Below are positions 34,875-37,194 of a stretch of 37,194 bases of DNA, in pieces. The DNA comes from an uncultured Muribaculaceae bacterium (GTDB lineage Bacteria > Bacillota_I > Bacilli_A > RF39 > UBA660), in the NCBI GenBank assembly GCA_964644815.1, contig CAZXXI010000001.1:1-37194 (forward strand). Direction: 5' to 3'. Under the pieces are notes generated by a model. The model worked only from the letters and a program-made list of their open reading frames with translations, was not told the origin of the DNA and ran no database searches. Numbering within the stretch: position 1 is the stretch's first letter; each line of letters starts with the position of its first letter. The translations under genes were made by a program, and so were the position numbers.

Positions 34875-34932
34875 GTCTTTATTTCGACAAAAAGTTTGCT
34901 CGCCTTATAGTATCATTACACTAGGTGATGAT

Positions 34933-35358
34933 ATGAAAAAATTAAGACCAGTAATTTTTGCAGTATTGACGGGCTGTCTCTGTGCGTTTTTCCTCTTTAA
35001 AGAAGTCGAAAGCCGAACGCTCGACGACATTTCCTACAATGCCGTTGCAATACAGATAGGCGTCTTTAAAGACAAGAATACTGCTGAAGAGTTAAAAGAT
35101 AAACTAGGTGGAGTAGTCGTTTTAGATGACGATATATATCGCATCTATTATTCAGTTCTAAATAGGGACGAAAATATAGAGTTTATGACCGATTACCTTT
35201 CTAAAAAGGGCATCAGCTATTACTTAAAGGATATTCGTCTCAAAGACGAATTAGCTTCTGAACTGAAGGAATATGAACGCCTGATGATCAAGACGAATGA
35301 GGAGAGCAAACTTTCTATCAACGAAGAAATACTGAATAGATATAAGGAAGTGATTTAG
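34933..35358 (+). CDS. Membrane-anchored SPOR-domain-like protein
   Basis: N-terminal TM helix. AIQIGVFKDKNTAEELKDKL....IYRIYYSVL fits the SPOR pattern (vQ.Gaf....A..l...l ... yrv.vg). Confidence 0.55.
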   Translation: MKKLRPVIFAVLTGCLCAFFLFKEVESRTLDDISYNAVAIQIGVFKDKNTAEELKDKLGGVVVLDDDIYRIYYSVLNRDENIEFMTDYLSKKGISYYLKDIRLKDELASELKEYERLMIKTNEESKLSINEEILNRYKEVI

Positions 35359-36057
35359 ATGTCCACATTAAAAGATGAAATAACTAAAGAAGACATGCCC
35401 CGCGAAAGATTGTTACACTACGGCGCGGAGAGTCTATCCAACGACGAACTGCTCGCCGTTTTATTGCGTACGGGAACAAAAGGAAAATCGGTCAAAGAAC
35501 TCGCACGCAATGTCCTTACGACTTATGGAACCGTCCAAAATTTGAGGCTGATTACAACCCAAAAACTCCAAGATATAAAGGGACTCGGAGCAGTCAAAGC
35601 AGTAACATTGCTCGCCGCACTCGAACTAGGGCGCCGAGTTTTTGAAGAAAATCCTATTCAAAAGAAGCTCCAACTGAAAAATTCATATGACGTATATAAA
35701 TACTTCGGCAAATACATCGCTCATGAAAAACAGGAAAATTTTCTCGTCATCTACTTAGACACTCAAAAACAGTACATCACACATAAAATTATTTTTAAAG
35801 GTACTCTCGATTCGTCAGTCGTCCATCCGCGCGAAATATTCAAACTGGCACTTCTAGAAAGTGCATCTAGTATCGTCTTGATGCATAATCACCCGAGCGA
35901 AGTCCTAGACCCTAGCAAGGCCGATGACGACGCTACCGCGACTATAATCGAAGCCGGAGAAATCATCGGCATTCACGTCTTAGACCACTTAATCGTGAAT
36001 CCTCATGATTATTACAGTTATATCGAGAAAGGAAGAATCCATTATGAAGAAAACTAA
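35359..36057 (+). CDS. radC: RadC-family JAB-domain protein
   Basis: N-terminal PRERLL..G...LS..ELLA.LLRTG, HhH (GLGAVKAV), JAMM motif HNHPSEVLDPSKAD. Confidence 0.92.
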   Translation: MSTLKDEITKEDMPRERLLHYGAESLSNDELLAVLLRTGTKGKSVKELARNVLTTYGTVQNLRLITTQKLQDIKGLGAVKAVTLLAALELGRRVFEENPIQKKLQLKNSYDVYKYFGKYIAHEKQENFLVIYLDTQKQYITHKIIFKGTLDSSVVHPREIFKLALLESASSIVLMHNHPSEVLDPSKADDDATATIIEAGEIIGIHVLDHLIVNPHDYYSYIEKGRIHYEEN

Positions 36058-36715
36058 ACCCTTTATCGGCGTCATATTGACTCTCTTCGCATTTCTGATT
36101 TTGCACAATGCCATCGTGATAGCTCTAGGCAACTTTGCCACTATATTTCGCAAAGATAATAGAGAAGATTTATTCAAAGAGACATATGAAAAAAAGATTC
36201 AAGCTCTCGAAATTGCCGTATCCGAATATGAAAAATCTCTTCAGAACCTGGACATATTTTCTAACTCTGCCAATGTGTTAGCGAAAATTTCTCTTCGCAA
36301 CATCTACGATTTCTACGACTATCTCATCATCTCCACGGACAAAAAAGTCTCCGTCGGCGACGCTGTCATCAACGAAGGAGGCCTTGTCGGTACGATTAAA
36401 GAGGCAAACAAATACACCGCGAAAGTTGCTCTTTTAACGGGTTCCAATAAGATAAGCGTCAGAGTAGGGGATAACTTCGGAATGTTGAGCGAATACGACA
36501 AGAAAAACGGCGAACTCGTCATCCATAACATCGATAACTATAAAACGGTCGAAGAGGGCACAAAAGTCTACACGAGTGGACTCCAAGAAATCGACAAAAA
36601 CATATTGGTAGGAACTGTTAAAAGGATAGACAACAACGGTATCGAAAAGACAGTATACGTGACTCCCTCCGTCGACTTCGATAACTTAAACTATCTCATA
36701 GTAGAGGCCAAATGA
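36044..36715 (+). CDS. mreC: Rod-shape-determining protein MreC
   Basis: ATG 36044 with SD GAAAGGAAG. N-terminal TM helix, coiled coil, beta-rich C-domain (GLVGTIKE.., VYTSGL). radC-mreC-mreD synteny. Confidence 0.8.
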   Translation: MKKTKPFIGVILTLFAFLILHNAIVIALGNFATIFRKDNREDLFKETYEKKIQALEIAVSEYEKSLQNLDIFSNSANVLAKISLRNIYDFYDYLIISTDKKVSVGDAVINEGGLVGTIKEANKYTAKVALLTGSNKISVRVGDNFGMLSEYDKKNGELVIHNIDNYKTVEEGTKVYTSGLQEIDKNILVGTVKRIDNNGIEKTVYVTPSVDFDNLNYLIVEAK

Positions 36716-37014
36716 TATATCTTCTGATAATTCTCGATTTCCTAGCTTATACCTTCAGTTCTTATCGAACGCACTTGATAATATTAGGAATTCCTTATCT
36801 TACAGATTTTAAACCCATTTTAATATATTTTCTCATCTTATCTTTTTTCGACGCAAGATACCTCTTTAATCTGGCGGTATTATATGGTCTATTTAAGCTG
36901 AATAAATATATCGACAAAAAAATACAGCCCACGACTTTCATATACATTGTAAAAGTCGCTATATATTTTATTTTATATCTCTTGTTGACGAATATATATA
37001 CGCTATTTTGTTAA
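36712..37014 (+). CDS. mreD: Probable MreD (short, 100 aa) polytopic membrane protein
   Basis: ATGA overlap with mreC, and hydrophobic throughout. Called by position only, and shorter than typical MreD. Confidence 0.45.
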   Translation: MIYLLIILDFLAYTFSSYRTHLIILGIPYLTDFKPILIYFLILSFFDARYLFNLAVLYGLFKLNKYIDKKIQPTTFIYIVKVAIYFILYLLLTNIYTLFC

Positions 37015-37093
37015 ATTATGCTTTTGAAAAAAATAAAATATACACATTCTAGATATATTATGGTATACTGAGTTATAGTAGGGATATGATATA

Positions 37094-37194
37094 ATGGAAC
37101 AAGAAAAAACGACGAATAAATCTAAACAATCTTTAAAAGTAACATTATCCGTAGGAGTAGTCTTATTGATATTGACTTTGTCATATGGCTTTTT
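37094..37194 (+). CDS. 5'-partial CDS, N-terminally membrane-anchored protein (runs off the window)
   Basis: ATG 37094, MEQEKTTNKSKQSLKVTLSVGVVLLILTLSYGF.. An extended -10 TGGTATACT lies upstream. Confidence 0.35.
   Translation, partial: MEQEKTTNKSKQSLKVTLSVGVVLLILTLSYGF

Noticed and set aside
1-37194. Mollicutes-type genetic code (TGA=Trp)
   Set aside because: TGA ends many convincing genes at family-typical lengths (the exporter, cca, recU, deoD, miaB, mreC and others). Cell-wall genes are also present (ponA, murT, mreCD).
1-37194. High frequency of GTCGAC/TCGA strings as a possible methylation or restriction-related signal
   Set aside because: The strings occur mainly in frame as GTC-GAC, TCG and CGA codons, so they look like codon preference (Val GTC, Asp GAC, Ser TCG) rather than a positional signal. 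I could not test this statistically by eye.

Overview
37.2-kb chromosomal segment of a low-GC Gram-positive bacterium (Bacilli/Erysipelotrichia-like). It shows Bacillus-type synteny: cca-dnaD-nth facing ponA-recU, nifS-thiI, sirA-like/yneF, add-deoD, murT-gatD, recA ... rny, dnaB-dnaI, miaB and radC-mreC-mreD. The code is standard, since TAA, TGA and TAG all end convincing genes. I call about 45 protein genes and find no rRNA, tRNA, CRISPR array, transposase or integrase. Most of the window is housekeeping. Nine things stand out. (1) A near-identical 41-nt promoter-like element occurs three times, upstream of a peptide-exporter operon, recA, and the SPOR-radC-mreCD operon. (2) Two small double-glycine-leader peptide genes, absent from the ORF track, sit just downstream of a C39-peptidase ABC exporter. 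(3) A translationally coupled three-gene module lies after recA: an eight-repeat mTERF-like helical-repeat protein, a protein with two sigma-70 region-4-like HTH segments, and a 2-TM protein. (4) An uncharacterised paralogous domain family has three copies bracketing rny. (5) The GatD homologue next to MurT appears to lack the glutaminase Cys and His. (6) dnaD is split by an in-frame TAG directly followed by ATG. (7) cca has no canonical start codon. (8) Three tandem 23-bp repeats abut the promoter of a DUF4143 AAA ATPase. (9) A 17-codon hydrophobic micro-ORF with a strong SD precedes the exporter gene. All functional calls rest on by-eye motif and synteny recognition; no database search was run.
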